The notes: a model not told the origin generated them from the letters alone. A stretch of 64,000 nt of DNA from Macrostomum hystrix (GCA_950097015.1 CATNEN010000039.1:20398001-20462000); one strand, 5' to 3'. Counted from the stretch's first letter, positions 1 through 14,073 are shown. Numbers and translations are program-made.

Positions 1-152
1 CCCCACCCCAATGTACACTCGCTGCTGACCAAGCGCAGCCACCCCACCCCAATGTACACTCGCTGCTGACCAACCACAGCCACCCCACCCCAATGTACAC
101 GATCGCTGCTGACCAACCACAGCCACCCCACCCCAATGCACACTTGCTGCTG
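1..152. repeat. 41-bp tandem repeat, ~3.6 copies, running off the window start
   Basis: Unit ccccaccccaatgtacactcgctgctgaccaa(g/c)c(g/a)cagcca recurs at 1, 42, 83 and ~126. Confidence 0.9.
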
Positions 153-687
153 AATATGCATTTGCTAAAATTGTGCAAATTACACAGGACCTATACCTAT
201 TGCCTAGCTACAGTCAAGTAAAATAAAACGCTTTTAGTTAAAAAGAAATATTGCAATTCGTAGTACACGAAAATACAGTACGAAGACAATAAAAAAAGAA
301 AAACCTAGAAAAAATATTTAAAACGTTAAGAATCACTCATTGACAAAAAATCCGATGCGAATGGAGAGCAAAAAATATCGAATGGATTTCAAAACGGCAT
401 TTTTCAATCGCAAATTTCACGCACTTTTGTGTTTTTTCTGTACACGGAAAAACTCCGAAAGGCTAAAAATAATTAGTAAAAGAACAATTTTAGTCAAGAT
501 TGGAATAAACTATTTCAATAAACTAAAGCTATAGAGTATTTCTTGTAGCTTTACTTGTAAAAAAACTGTAGAGAAATTATTATCACTGGATTCAAAAAAT
601 CTCAGCAGAAGACTTAATTAGAAAATTATTAATGTCATAATAATATTTAACACGAATTTATTATAATGTGCCTTCACTTACATTTTT

Positions 688-1136
688 AAGACTAGCAATC
701 CATTTGGTATTCTACCATCGCTAGGGAATAGACTAGCAATCCATTCTATTCAAAAATCTATGAGGAATAGACTAGCAGTCCATTCTATTCTAAAATATAT
801 GTGGAATACACTAGCAATCCATTCTATTCTAAAATCTATGTGGAATAGACTAGCAATCCATTCTATTCTAAAATCTATGTGGAATACACTAGCAATCCAT
901 TCTATTCTAAAATCTATGTGGAATAGACTAGCAATCCATTCTATTCTAAAATCTATGTGGAATAGACTAGCAATCCATTCTATTCTAAAATCTATGTGGA
1001 ATAGACTAGCAATCCATTCTATTCTAAAATCTATGTGGAATACACTAGCAATCCATTCTATTCTAAAATCTATGTGGAATACACTAGCAATCCATTCTAT
1101 TCTAAAATCTATGTGGAATACACTAGCAATCCATTA
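688..1136. repeat. 39-bp minisatellite, ~11 copies, just downstream of the FCHo stop
   Basis: Unit tctatgtggaata(g/c)actagcaatccattctattctaaaa. It explains the 13-aa periodic ORF 760-1137. Confidence 0.95.
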
Positions 1137-1169
1137 AAGTCCATGCTGAAAGGCTTCTGAAAAGTGTGC

Positions 1170-4100
1170 TCAGCCTGGCTCAGCTGAGTACTGCCCGCTG
1201 ATGAGGCGTCGCCGACTCATCGCCAGCTTGTAGGCGGCGCCGACTGTTTCGAAGGCGCACTCTGAGATGCAACAGTCATCGGCCTGGAAGCGCAGCCGAA
1301 CCAGAGCTGGGGAGCCTGGCCCTGAGGTCAGCGGGAAGCTGGCACGAATGCGTCCTGGCAGGCTAAGTTCCTCCCAGATGACGGAGCCAGTTGAGTGTGC
1401 CAAACGGCCAGGCGGTTCCGAGCGCATCTCTACGACGCCGCCCGATATCTCCGTCTGTGTTTATTGGGGCAAAATTAGACAGCCAATCAACTTAAAGAGA
1501 AACAACTTAAGGCCACTGAGATGACAACCAATTAGATTTGAGCGAGAGAAAAAGTACGTCAGCTAGATGACAGCCAATCAGAATGAAGTGAGAGAAAATT
1601 AGACGAATTAGATAATAGCCATCAGATTGAGGCGAGAGGAAAAGTAGGCCATTAAGATGACAGCCAATCAGATTGAGGCGAGAAAAACATGACACATGCA
1701 TAGCCAATAAGCGCAATGTCGCAAACACTCACACTAATTGCCACAGACTGAATGGGCAGCGCACATCCGGGATGCAGGCGAGCCCGCACCAGCAGCTCGG
1801 TGCTGTTTGGCAGGCAGCGCCAGACGGCTCTCAGTTGGACAGGCGCCTGGAAGTCTTCCAGCAGTGGCACCTCGTAGGTCAGCAGGTCTAAGTTAAGAAA
1901 TCGGGCGTCGGGTTTTCCTCTAGCCAATCGGAGCAGCTCTTCGGTCAAGACTGACGGATCAGATAAGAACTGGTCAGCCTGCTGCCTGCGATGGGTTAGA
2001 AAATTTGATAAGGCGCGCTGTAGCCAATTGGATAAGATCACGGCATATCAAAATGCAGCTTTGCCTAGTAAGTTAACAGCCAATAATAATGAAGCAAATC
2101 ATGTAAAGAATCTCTGCCAATAGGAATAATATAAATTATCTTAGAGACTACAACCAATTATCGCGAACCTAAATGGTCAGAAAAAGTCACAGCCAATCAG
2201 AATAATACTTTTCTTTCATACTCGTACTAACTAATTAAAATGAATTAAAAATTTCAAAACGGTGACAGCCAATCCGAAAAAGCCGCATTTTAAATTTCAG
2301 AAAAGCTAACAGTCATTCAATCAGAATGCTTTGAAAGGAGCTTGAAAAATATAAGAGTAAGATGGCCGTGACGTCACTCACTCCTTCACAACCAGCCGTT
2401 GAACGGGTGCTGCCGGCCCTGGCAGGCCGTTGAGACGAAACGCCAGAGCTGGCATCGGCGCAGAAGCTGATGTCGGAGACTGACTGCCACTGCGGTTCAG
2501 CACCTCGGATGCCGGTACCGACACCGTCACGCTACCCTGCGCCTTTAGCCGACACAATCCCGCACCGATGCCTCCGTCAGCGTCCAGAACTACGTCTAGA
2601 TCAACTTCGTCGCTGCTGTTAGTCGTCGACAATGTCGAAGATTTCGGCGGCGTCCAACGACAATGAAGGCATTCGCTGATACGAACTGCCAACGGAATCA
2701 CCGGCGATGTGGCTGACGACGTTGACAAGAACACGCTGCTAGTCAAGTCGCTTGAGGACCAGTCCGGAGTGTTGGCGCGTCTGGAAGGTCGACCGAGCGG
2801 CGGTGGCGGAGATCTCAGCTGCAGCGTTGACGCCTGCTGCTCGAATGCACTCAATGGACGCTGCTGTGTAGAGCTACTGCCGCCGCTGCTCCACTGAATG
2901 GTCGGCTGGAAATCGTCTAGAGAGAATGTTTTGCTTTCAACACCGGGGTTCGAGTCCAAAAGAAACGACTGTTGCTGCTGCTGCTGCTGCTTTTGCTGCT
3001 GCTGCTGCTGCTTCGAAGGCAGAGACAGGACTAATTGAGCCGAGGCTTTGAATAGATCGCCATTGTCAGTTTCGGGTACTTTTTGTTTAATAGAATTTAT
3101 CCGAACCTGCGACGTGACATGACAGGTGACATGGGATATTGGCATCATTAGCAATAGCGTGCAAGAATCTGATTAAACAGGTGACGCAGCAAATTGGTAA
3201 GGCGTAAACGTGCACAAGTCACACACACAGGTAAGGCACACACACATGTAAGGCACACACACACACAGGTAACAAGCGGACAATCAGGGTTAGCGGGGCT
3301 GCTCACAAAGCGGAATTTCGCCGCAGCTTGCTCAGGGTCTGAGTCATCCGACTCAGATTCTGAAGAGTCTTTGCCAGCGCTTAGGCGTCGGCCCCGACGC
3401 CAATCCTCGTGATCCCGGGCCTCGTCGCGCTCGATAAAGCCGTCGGCATCGACCCTAGCGGGCTCCGGGCTCGTTGGCGACAAAGGAGTGGCGACTGCGG
3501 CAGGTTTTTCATCTAAGGAGAGGGGACATAACAAAGCACAGCTGGAAACTCCTGTGAGCTTCAAAGAGTCAAACTCACAGACAAAAGTCGCTCACCCTTT
3601 CCTGCCCGCGACAGTCGGCCAGGAATCAGGCTGGAAAATATCTCGCGAACACCTTTGCCGCCACTGGAAGTTCTCTCAGGCGGCTGCTGCTGCTGCTGCT
3701 GCAGCGGGGCTGGCGACACTGGCAACGGAGCTGGCGACTTCTCGTCAAGAGACTGTTGACTATCTAGACTGAAGAGATTGTTCAGCGACTGGTTGTCAGA
3801 GTTGGCGGCAGTGCTGGAGCCGCCGAGGTCCAAGTAGGCTGAGATCGACTCCTCGATTGGCTGCGGTATCTCGTCGCCTGTGCCGTTGCGCTGCACCCAG
3901 TCGGTGAGCAGGTGGTCGGCTGAGTTGCTCAACATCTTCTCCTAGGAGCGTGCGACAGTTGTGGCTCAGTATTGATTTTATTTATTCACTCAGAATATTT
4001 TTATACAACTAATGGAAAATGAGGGTGATTTTTACACCCACCAATCAGAGAGTAGCGTATCTCTGACCACAACCAATCGGAAAAGAGCGTACCTTTTATC

Positions 4101-5916
4101 TCGACCAATCAGGGAATAGCGTATCTCTGACCAAAACCAATCAGGAAGCAGCGAATCAAGACAACAAAACAATCAGAGTATAGGTTGGCGTATCTCCTAC
4201 CCCAGCTAATCAGAACAAAAATAAAACAAGCATTTTTCAATTTAGTCAAATCAGAGCCAAGCCCATTCTGCCGAGAGAAGCAGTGATTTTAGTTTATTTT
4301 TAAATGCTTACCTGCAGTTGCCCTTTGACTTCAACCAATCGGGTTCCAGCCACCGCGATCGGGTCCAAAAATCGATCAACAAAGTCAAGCATCTTGGCTA
4401 GGTGCTGAGTCTCGGCCTCTTCAAAGTAAGCGCACGATTTTGTCATTCCGTCAACGAATGCGGCTCGAACGCCATTGTACTTTTCGACATTGAAGCTCAG
4501 CTCCTTCACTGCCGACTCCAGTTTAGCCACGGCGCGTCGCTTCTCTTTTTCGGTGGCAACGGCGGAATCCGACGATTGAAGACGGCGAGCCTCAGCCTGG
4601 CGAGTCTGACAGGCTTGCCGCTTGGCCAGCACCTGCGCTGAGAAGGTCTTGATGGCAGCGCTGCTGGCCTGCGTCTTCTGGTGTTCGCTGTCCTGGAGGG
4701 TCAGGTTTGAGATTGGTAGGATGGTATTTCCTGATGATCTGGTTGGTGTCTCCTTAGGATCTGGATGGTGTCTCCTGGGGATCTGGATGGTGTCTCCTGG
4801 GGATCTGGTTGGTGTCTCCTGATGATCTGGATGGTGTCTCCTGGGGATCTGGATGGTGTCTCCTGGGGATCTGGTTGGTGTCTCCTGGGGATCTGGATGG
4901 TGTCTCCTGGGGATCTGGTTGGTGTCTCCTGGGGATCTGGATGGTGTCTCCTGGGGATCTGGATGGTGTCTCCTGGGGATCTGGTTGGTGTCTCCTGATG
5001 ATCTGGATGGTGTCTCCTGATGATCTGGTTGGTGTCTCCTGGGGATCTGGTTGGTGTCTCCTGGGGATCTGGATGGTGTCTCCTGGGGATCTGGTTGGTG
5101 TCTCCTTAGGATCTGGATGGTGTCTCCTCGGGATCTGGATGGTGTCTCCTGAGGATCTGGATGGTGTCGCCTGAGGATCTCTATGGTGTCTCCTGACGAT
5201 CTGGATGGTGTCTCCTGAGGATCTGGATTGTGTCATCTGAGGATTTAGAAGGATTTTGGTGTCTCCTGAGGATCTGGAACGGATGTTGGTGTCTTTTGTG
5301 GATATGGAAGGGATGTTCGTGCCTTTTAAGGATCAGGGAGCGATGTTAGTGTTTTTCGAGTATATGGAGCATCCATTATATCATCCCTTGTTCCCCGTGC
5401 AACCTTGAACGCCTTGACTGTCTTGGCCAGCTCATCCGAATATTTCTGTGCCTCCTTCATCAGCGCCTGGTGGGCGCCGCTCATAGCCGCGTGCGCGCTG
5501 GCAACACCTTCAACAGCTTCGGCTAGTATGTCCCAGCAGGGCACGAAGCTGCCAGTGGAGGCACCGGCTCGAAGGCCGCCAATACGTTTGCCCAGTCTGG
5601 CGAGGCCCTTCTGATAAGCCTCCTCGCAATGGCCAAGCTCTCGCAGCACAGACAGAAACTCGGCAGCTGCTAGAGGGCCGCCAGTAGCAAAGTTGGCGTA
5701 GAGTACATCGAAACCCCTGCGAGTTGTTCATGAAAGCTAACCTTTTAGGTATTTATGCATGAGTTTCTAAGAAATATTCAATTTCTAAGAAAAGTGAAAA
5801 TATAATATATAATATAATATTGACTTTCACCTGTGTTTTTCACCCCAGAAGCTGGCTAGAAAAGATGACTGAAGCGTCAAAAGCGGTGGTGGACTCAATC
5901 CAGTCAAGGGAAGCAT
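1170..5916 (-). CDS. FCHO: FCH domain only protein (F-BAR + linker + mu-homology domain), clathrin-mediated endocytosis nucleator. Exons 5916-5831, 5716-5404, 4692-4312, 3941-3596, 3512-3307, 3106-2382, 1985-1733, 1454-1170.
   Basis: Spliced N-terminus reads ...FWGEKHRGFDVLYANF, the FCHo F-BAR start. WVQRNGTGDEIP marks the F-BAR end; the linker has VDADGF...SESDDSD; the muHD has IPLAVRISE, FLNLDLLTYEV and C-terminal YKLAMSRRRLISGQY. All 7 introns are GT-AG with compatible phases. Confidence 0.92.
4715..5310. repeat. 22-bp minisatellite in FCHo intron 2
   Basis: Unit ctggggatctgg(a/t)tggtgtctc, ~25 copies, degenerating at both ends. Explains the periodic ORFs at 4754-5236. Confidence 0.95.
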
Positions 5917-7999
5917 TTCGGTTTCTCTTGCTATGGTTGAGCCTGAGCAAGAGAATTTAGAGAATGTTGCTTATAAACTGCTTCCTTAGTAGTAAAACTT
6001 AGATCTGGTTGTTTTCGGCTAATCTGAAATAAGAAATTAAAAAGCAATTATACTTTTTTTCGCTGGAGAGGAGAAACTTTTATTATTATTTTATTTGGGT
6101 AAAATGGTAAGCAGCTTGGTTATATGGAAAAGTATTCCTACTCTGCTAATGTTTGCTTGACAAACATGAAAAATGAAAACAGTTTTACTAATAATAACTG
6201 ATTTAGTTCAGTTATTGATAGAAAATAATATAAATGATAGAAAATTTACATAAATAGAACAAAATAAATTAATAATATATAATATATAACATAGAAATTT
6301 ATAGTTTAATAGGTTAATAGATAATTAATAGGTTGAAGATTCTTTTTGTTTTGACCAAGAGGTTCAGCTTTTAAAACGATTCAATTTTTAACTAATATCA
6401 GTTGTAAGCTACTTGAAGCTTCATTTTTAAATCATTGAATTCTAAAAACTATGCATAGCTATATTTATGCTTACTTAAACTAATAAATCACGTTTCTTTT
6501 TACACATTTCAGCATTTCAAAGCTAAAAATTATTTCTGCTTTTTAAAATATACTAGAGTAAAAACAAAAATCATGTTGTAGGTAATAATAATGCAGAGGT
6601 TGTAATACATTTTATCTATAAGGAAATAGCTATTTTAAGTTTTCCTAGTTAAGTGCTACATGAAAAAGCAGAAATAAAATAACTGCTAGTTAGGTGATAA
6701 GCAGAGTGCATCCATAGATTCCAAAATGTGAACTGTTGTATTGTGGTAACATTGTTAGCGACCAAAAATCTATTGAATGAATATCTCTAAGCCGCAGTTA
6801 GCGTAAATTTTTTCTGTCCAAAGAACCAAACAAATACTACAACAAATAACAAACAAATGACAAAGAAGCAACCAGCAGGAAAAACTATAATTTGAATATT
6901 TCGCATAGCATTCGACAAACTGATTAAGCATATGATTATTTCTTTGAATGTTCACAAGTTAAAATGTATGCTGTAAACACCTTTTGATAGAAAAACAAAT
7001 ATTTTTCTGGCGCCATGTCATCGTAGTGTACTGTGATGAAAATTTTATTTGAGTATTAACTATAGTGGTTCAAAGCACAGGAAAGACAAAACAACTATTC
7101 CCATTGTGATTCTTAAATTTTTGGCTCTTGAAAGAATATCTTTGACAATATAGACTGCTAAAGATTCTGCTCGTGTTACTCTAAAAATCCTGGCGGCGTG
7201 CGGGACTGCACCAAAATGGCCTCGATCATCACTAATTTAAGCCTTTGGCAGCTTTGTAAGATTGATGATAATGAAGCCATTCGTAGATGTTACTTACGTA
7301 ATTTCCTATGATTATATTTGCGTTAATTGTATCTAAAATTGTATTTACACATATTTTTTCTTCGAAGCTCCAAACTAGATTTCGTAAATGTACAGTTACG
7401 ATGTATACATGCATTTTTCATGTTTTTTTCAATGTGTAAGCAAAAGTGCACGTAAATCCATAAAAATATCTTGCAAATTTATAACGTAGATTACATTGCA
7501 GTTAATATAGAGCACAGTACGTGTTCCACAGAATTGAATATTAGACAGTAAGAACATGCAAAAAAGAAAACTGCATGGATTTTAGGCCCTGCATGATCGA
7601 TCAGCAGCATTTGACGAAATTTCGACCCGCAGACATCGATTACGTAGACAATGCAACAAGACGTCGCGTATTTTGCTATACTTTATTCAATCTAGACAAT
7701 GAGTCCGCGATAGGATCTCATTATGATAGCACCATGTAGGGACTTGTTTGGAAGGCTCGAACATGAGCGCTTTGTCTAACGACGATGAGAATTTAATGGA
7801 TCTGAAACAAAGATTGCAGACAGCGTCCGGCAGCCCCATTTTTCAGCATTCCAACAGACGCACTATAATTAAGTTAGAGTAAATAACTTCAATAAGCTCT
7901 CCGCAGTGTAAATGCTCCTCCGCACGATGGCTGGAACTGTGGGATAATAACTTTCCAATTAATTAATTAAGCCGCCATCCATGGATTACTATAGCTATA

Positions 8000-8680
8000 A
8001 CTACTTGTGGTCCTTGTGCCAGCCCTCCACATCGTCTTTCCAGTTAACTTCAGATCAAAGTCATGCTGTACTCAGGAGCTCTCTTGAGACTTTAGTAATT
8101 AGCTGGAGACATTCCAACGCTTGGACGTGACAAGAGAACTATTGCTGTTGTGCCAGCATTAGTACATATAATTGAAGATAACTCATTCGATAAGAGAAGG
8201 ACTCTTCTTATTATCGTTCATGAAGCACAGTCTACCCCAGCAGCGTCGTCTTGTTCAGCGTTGGAAAGGCTTCCACACAAGTTGACTCAGGTCTCCACTT
8301 TTCAGGTGCTATTTCTTCAGACAAGTTCGCGTGACAAATTGAAACTTTCGACCAAGTGGCTGCAACCCCAGCCCGTTTGTTTCAGGCGATTTAATTCAGG
8401 AGCAGAGTCTTCTGATGGCTTAGTCCTCACGTTGGCCAATACTTAGGCTCTACAAGTAATAAAATGGGAACACTCTACAATAGCTGACGCTTTGAATGGC
8501 GTCGGCGTTGCGAGAAGTCAGTAAGCTATAGGTGTGACGCACTTCGATCTTCTCCGGAATGTTGAGAACACAGCGACTTGTATTGATTTGGATTCCGTCG
8601 TTGGCTTCACCACCACCCTTATTGTTCCAGTTCACACCAAAGCCAGCTTGATCAGCTCCCGCAAGACCTCTTTGAATTAG
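8000..8680 (-). mobile_element. Possible highly decayed non-LTR retrotransposon fragment (restriction-like endonuclease clade)
   Basis: Broken minus-strand frames give LGCSHLVESFNLSR and KWRPESTCVEAFPTLNKTTLLG, reminiscent of the post-RT region of Hero/NeSL-type elements. Many stops. Confidence 0.25.
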
Positions 8681-10646
8681 GAGTGCTCAAGACAACTCAA
8701 TTAAACAAAAGGAAAAAAACCAATGAAGTCAACCAGAAAGATAGCGCGCCACGCGAAGTAAATGTGCAAAAGAAGAGGTAGCGAGCGCAACGCCTCGCCC
8801 TGCGTTGAACATTAAAAGGGATCTAGGATTGACAGCCTGAGAAAGTGTACACAATGCACTAGATTGCCAACCGCTGCCCTGGTTTAACATCCATGAACCA
8901 TGCTAGGCCCGGTCAGAAAAACTAATTGTAGACTCACCCAGGATTCGAACTTAAGTACTTTCCTGCGAGAGTCGAATGCTTTAAATAGAACGTCGAATAT
9001 ATATAAGCTTAAACTAAAATTGTTAATTAAGAAAAAAAACGCGCACGCCATCCATGGGTACTGATTTTTTTCTTTTACTTCAAATATATTTTTGACAACA
9101 AATATTTTACTCGACAACAAAAAACTTGGAAAGTGAAGTTTTGTGGAATCAACTATTGAGCTAGAAAGGGAAAAGCAAAGGTACTAAAAATAAAAGCAGT
9201 AAAAGCACAAGGAACACTAGGAATAAAAAATTGATGTATATTCTTAAATTTTATTACGAGCTCGTAGCTTCAGGGCAGCTGTTCCCTTATTTTAGAGATA
9301 TCTATGATGTACTTTGCTAAAGCTTCAGTGGTTTCCCTATCGTCTTGTGCCATTATGTAGTTAGATTTCTCTTCTGCTTTAGGGATGCGAAATTGGGAGT
9401 TTTCCCTGAAATATTCTTTTCGAAATTCGAACGTGCTGCGCTATACATATTCCAACTGCACTTAAAAAGGAAGTGGACCTCGTTTTCAACTTCCGTTTTG
9501 CATTTACTACATTATCTATTCGCATTCGGAATTTTCGGTCTCGCAGTTCGCAATGTTTCGCAAGCTAGTTATGGTTTCTTAGTCTAAACGAGGATATGGT
9601 ACGTCTCAACTCCAGGTTGTATATTTGTTGTAAATATTTTTCGGCTGAATAATATTGCTTAAAGGAGTAATAGAAGTGACTTAGCTTGCCTGAGTTCTGT
9701 GTCCTTTGTCTCCAATGGGTATCGAACTGAGAAACATAGTTTTTCGTGTGGTTTCTAATTTCTTATGCAGGACTAATGCCTCTGCAGTTCAGTATTATGA
9801 CGAAGTTTCAGTTTCAACGAATAGGCGTAGCAGTTTCGGTTTATTTTACGAGTAAGGTAAATTATCAATCGTTACAAAACCTTGTAGCGGAAAGCACTCT
9901 CATGCAATAAATTGGGACTTCGAATTAAGAGATCGTCTTTACGGTGAATTCTGGCTATATTTTAGATGGGTTACAGAGCTACTCAATGGATTTCACTTGA
10001 AACACAGCTACGGCTACAGTTCAAATTAGCCACTGATACAATAACAACCAGCACTCAGTCGTAGAACAAGCCCGGGGAGGTGTGGGAGCCTTCCTGGAAA
10101 GGCCTAATTAGCACATTTGAATACGAAATACGACTAGTAGTACACTAAAATTAACAAAACCATTATAAATATTAATGGAAAACCGAAGAAATATCCCTAA
10201 CAAATATAGCTAACGAAAATAATGCACACAATTCTAACAGCATATTAAAATAACATTAAATTAGAGAGACAACGTCACAGTATAACCTCATTGTTGATAT
10301 TTGCTTTGATTCCAACATCACTGCGTATGTTAGGTCCGCTAATAACTTGAAAATTATGGAGTCCGGGCGGCTTGTTATGGAGGCTCAGTATGAAATGCTT
10401 CTTTTCTGGATGTTGTATAATAAAGGCAATCTGCCTGACTCTGAGCGGGCCCCGTTGCCATCTGTATTTTGGCTGACTATGTAGTATAGCTTTACAGCAC
10501 CTGATGTTTACCCTTTCAAAAAGACAACGGTCCCAAGGACCCAGGTTCCTTGAGACGTTGAGCTAAAAGCTCAATGAGACGTTAACGCTTTTATCCTATT
10601 TGCCTTCTTGCCGAAAATCTCGGTAAAAAGCGTGCAAGGAGCTATA

Positions 10647-10720
10647 GGGGGTGAGTGGGTCAGCGGCTAATGTCGCTGCCTCACTTTCCTATCGTCGCTG
10701 GTTCGTTCCTCCCTCCAAGT
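10647..10720 (+). repeat. tRNA-like SINE head (partial)
   Basis: ggggtgagtgggtcagcggctaa (A-box-like) ... ggttcgttcc (B-box-like). Resembles the head of SINE family A below. Confidence 0.45.
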
Positions 10721-10811
10721 CATGATTATTTCGGCGCTTAGTTGGAGGTTTGCGAAGTAGTGACTTGCGGAGATGCACCTTATTCTGTGCAACCAAAGCT
10801 AATTAAAAATA

Positions 10812-11200
10812 CCTGCCTTCCGCATGCCTGCTTGTTTGTGTTTGTGTTTGTGAGTTGGGCCGGATGTGAGGCGTTGCATAGGGGGTGGGGCGGGTGTGCA
10901 CCAGCCATGCGTGCTCTGAGCGGCGAGGTTTCACCAGCCGTCTGCGCGCGTGGCTTGGTCCTCTCGTCCCTACCCTTCAGGCATCTAAGTCCTCCCCTGG
11001 TTTGGTCAGCTCTGTGTGTGTGCGGGCCTGGGGTGAGAGGCACTCCGGCTGCCGCCCCCTTCTCCGCTTGGCTTGCGGCTGTGTGTGAGGTGCCTGAGTC
11101 CAGGGGTCCAGATGGCGCGCTGGGCGACTCCCGCCTAGTTCGCCGGCCTGGGGGGCATGCCGTTCCTGCGCTTGTGCGTCATGTGCCCCAGCCCCCTGCA
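10812..11200. mobile_element. GC-rich non-coding island, possible orphan terminal repeat of a retroelement
   Basis: Sharp GC-rich block in AT-rich DNA, with G-runs and tgtg tracts like the ends of the YR element at 26800 and the block at 57880-58160. No convincing ORF. Confidence 0.3.
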
Positions 11201-12340
11201 ATTAAGTATAAAGTAAAATCGGAAGAGCTATTATTTATTGGGGTGTGCTCAGCCAATGAGGCAATATTACATGTCGAAGATAAAAAATCTATGAAAATGG
11301 AAAAGTTCAAACAGTCCAGTATTAGAGGTGGGGAAAATCTCAATGCAAACTTTTGTTATATAAAAAATGGACAATTAAAAATAGGATAGAATAGAGCATA
11401 TCCAAGTTGAGAAATGTACAGCGTCGGCAAAGATTAGAACACATTGACGGTTAGTGTTCAATGATGGTGAATTTTAATGGTGGCACTTCACTTGAACGAT
11501 AAAAAGTACAATTAAAGAAAAATAATTGGATGGACCGAATGAAGAAACTTCAAAGCGGTAAATTTTGTGTTTTTTGTGTCAAATAAATTCAATTTTATAA
11601 TTATTTTAATTTATGCTCAAATTTAAGTTTGAGCAAAATAGTGCCGGATTAGAAATATGCACTTAATCTCTGAAAAACGATGGTTTAGGAAAACTTGTTT
11701 AATGTTTTTTTAATTATAGCGGACGAAAGGATCGTAAGACTTAAATATAAAAATAAAAGTCTTTTCTTGAAACCTTCGAGTAAAAATATTAAATCAACAT
11801 GCATAGCTTACGAGCTTACTTCGAATATTATGGTGACGATAGTACTTTTCACGTGATTGGACTTAAAAATTAAGTTTCTGGAAAAAATGGGTGCGACGAA
11901 AACTCGGTTTATCTAGATGAGCTTCTTGGTCTTACATGTTCTTCGAGAACCATTACTATACTAATTCATACCATTATTATTATTATTGTTATTATTATTA
12001 TTGAAGTGCGCACACCGATTGGGTGCTGATTTTTTTGTTTATTTGATGTTGGTAACAAGGCTGCATACCAGCTACCAACTCTATATGTTTGTGAACTGAT
12101 AATGGTCGAATAAGTAAGTGGCTCGGACGTTGTTGTAAAGTCGTAATAATGGGCCCTGTGTCGTTGACATTAAAATCTACGACGTCAATCTCTCGAAACA
12201 ACGTTAGAAATTTCAATACTAAGGGAAAGAATCTCATGTTGACCAGGAAAGCTCACTCTAGAGAAATAAACAACGCCTTTCATTACGGACATAAACCAGC
12301 GAAAATGAACAAAAATTATAAATCGAATCTGTCTTCTTGC

Positions 12341-14073
12341 TCAATCAGAAGAAGTTGAATTCGGCAGCAGACGGTCAATCTTCTGAAAGATGTCTACAAC
12401 CTCTTTGTACCTGGTCACATAGGACTCTCGCATGATCCTGTGCGCGTGCTGCAGCTGCTCCAGGTTGGTGCTGAACTTGGCGAACAGGTAGTACTCCAGA
12501 AAGTCGGCGCTCTGATCCTCCTTCAGCTCGTTGAACCAATCATCCATGCTCTGCAGCTCCGGGAGAAGGACTGCTCGTAGGCACTTGAGCAGACAGTCAA
12601 AGTTCATGTAGTACGCTGACTCGTTCGGAGCAACTCTCGCAGGAAAGTAATCGGCGAGGTCCAGCGTATCACCTATCTCTCTCTTTAGCTCAGTCAGGAA
12701 CTTCAGCTTGGGTCGCTCATTGCTGTGGAAGCAGTGCTTCCAGGAGTAATCATTTTGGTAAATCTCGCCCTTGATGTGCATACGAATGACATTAAGGTTT
12801 CGTTCGCTGGAGAGCTGAGTGGGAAATGTGAGATAGCGTCTGACTCTGTGCTGCGCGCTGCATCTCAGAATATCTTTTGCGCCTTCCATTTCGCTTTTAA
12901 TTCTCACACCATTTTCGTCTTTTTGATTCCATCTCTTCAGTTTGTAGAGAACCTTTAAACCCTCCCGAACTGAATAGGCACAGTCCGGCATTTTTAATAC
13001 AAAGTCATAGAAAGCTTCAGTATTTTCTGGCTTTTCATTGCGACTAATTTCAGTCAATGCGTTCTCCATAAGCCTTTGAATATCGGCATAGCTTTGTAAT
13101 GGATACTGTTTTCTTACAGGGGGAAAGTACGGGAAAATGGTAAAAGGATGGTAGTAGAACGGCTCCTGGCATTGTCCAAACTGACTAATCCTGGCTCTTT
13201 TGTGCTTTAGTCTCTGAACATACTCGTCGACATGCTGTGGTAAATGTTTGATTAGCCGCTTGAGGCTTTGAATGACGCTTTGCTTGTTCGATTCGCCACC
13301 CTTCAGGTAAAGTCTAGCATCTTTCAAGAAGAAATGGCACATGATCTCAAATTCGCCTCTTTCAGGCTTCTTGATTTCTTCTAGAAGAAAATTTAGAGCT
13401 TCTTTTAGTAGTGAAAACAAGTTGGAATCATTCCAGTTTTCTTGTTTCGTATTTTGTATCATGAAAAATAGTACGGTTTTCGCGTGATATGATTTTAATC
13501 CAGGCGCTTCAATAGACACTACTTCCCTCAGTAGATACTTGAGCAAAATAAACAGCTCACCTTGAATTGGAAGCAGCCGGTGCATGATTTCCTTTTCTAA
13601 AAAACTTGTGCTTATCCTAAGCTCTAATTTCATTTGTTTGTCTTCATCATCTTGAGATTTCTGCACCTCATTTTCTTCACATTTTCTTTGAGATCGAACG
13701 AGATGAAGACTGTAGCATCGCTTGTTGCCTTCCAAGTCAGCTTTTGAACATTGCATTGATTTTCGCTCTATATCCTCAGTCATTTTTTCTTGTAAAACTG
13801 CTTTGAGTAGATCAGGGACGTCTCCAAGATGCTCGAACATTTCTTCCGTCACTTTGGAATGCTCTGATTTGAAACTTTGTTTCGCTTCGGCTATTGGAGA
13901 TTTCCGTCTTTTGGCGCCAAATCGCTTAAATGCATCCAATATAGACGGGCGCAGGTGGCCCGGATTTTGAAAAGGCTCAATTAAATGATGAGGTGCGCAA
14001 CATCGGAAAGCTGAGCAATGATCGATCGGAGGTCTCAGCTCTGACTTCATGGTTGTTTGCGCGGGATTCGACT
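12341..14073 (-). CDS. Last exon: third catalytic Asp region, Mab-21/cGAS C-terminal helical lobe and helical tail
   Basis: ORF 12341-14050 has PPIDHCSAFRC, LHLV, ELRISTSFLEKEIM, LFILLKYLL, GLKSYHAKTVLFFMI, W...L...L...L and CHFFLKDARLY in the canonical Mab-21 order. Confidence 0.88.

Noticed and set aside
688-1137. Regular 39-bp repeats as a CRISPR array, or the 125-aa repeat ORF as a gene
   Set aside because: Units are head-to-tail with no unique spacers, the context is eukaryotic with no cas genes, and the ORF is a by-product of a unit length divisible by three.
4622-5236. Repetitive ORFs on both strands
   Set aside because: They come from a 22-bp minisatellite inside an FCHo intron; the flanking exons splice in phase without it.
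10742-11389. 215-aa ORF as a gene
   Set aside because: Non-ATG start, no recognisable motif, and it spans a GC-rich island plus AT-rich flank.
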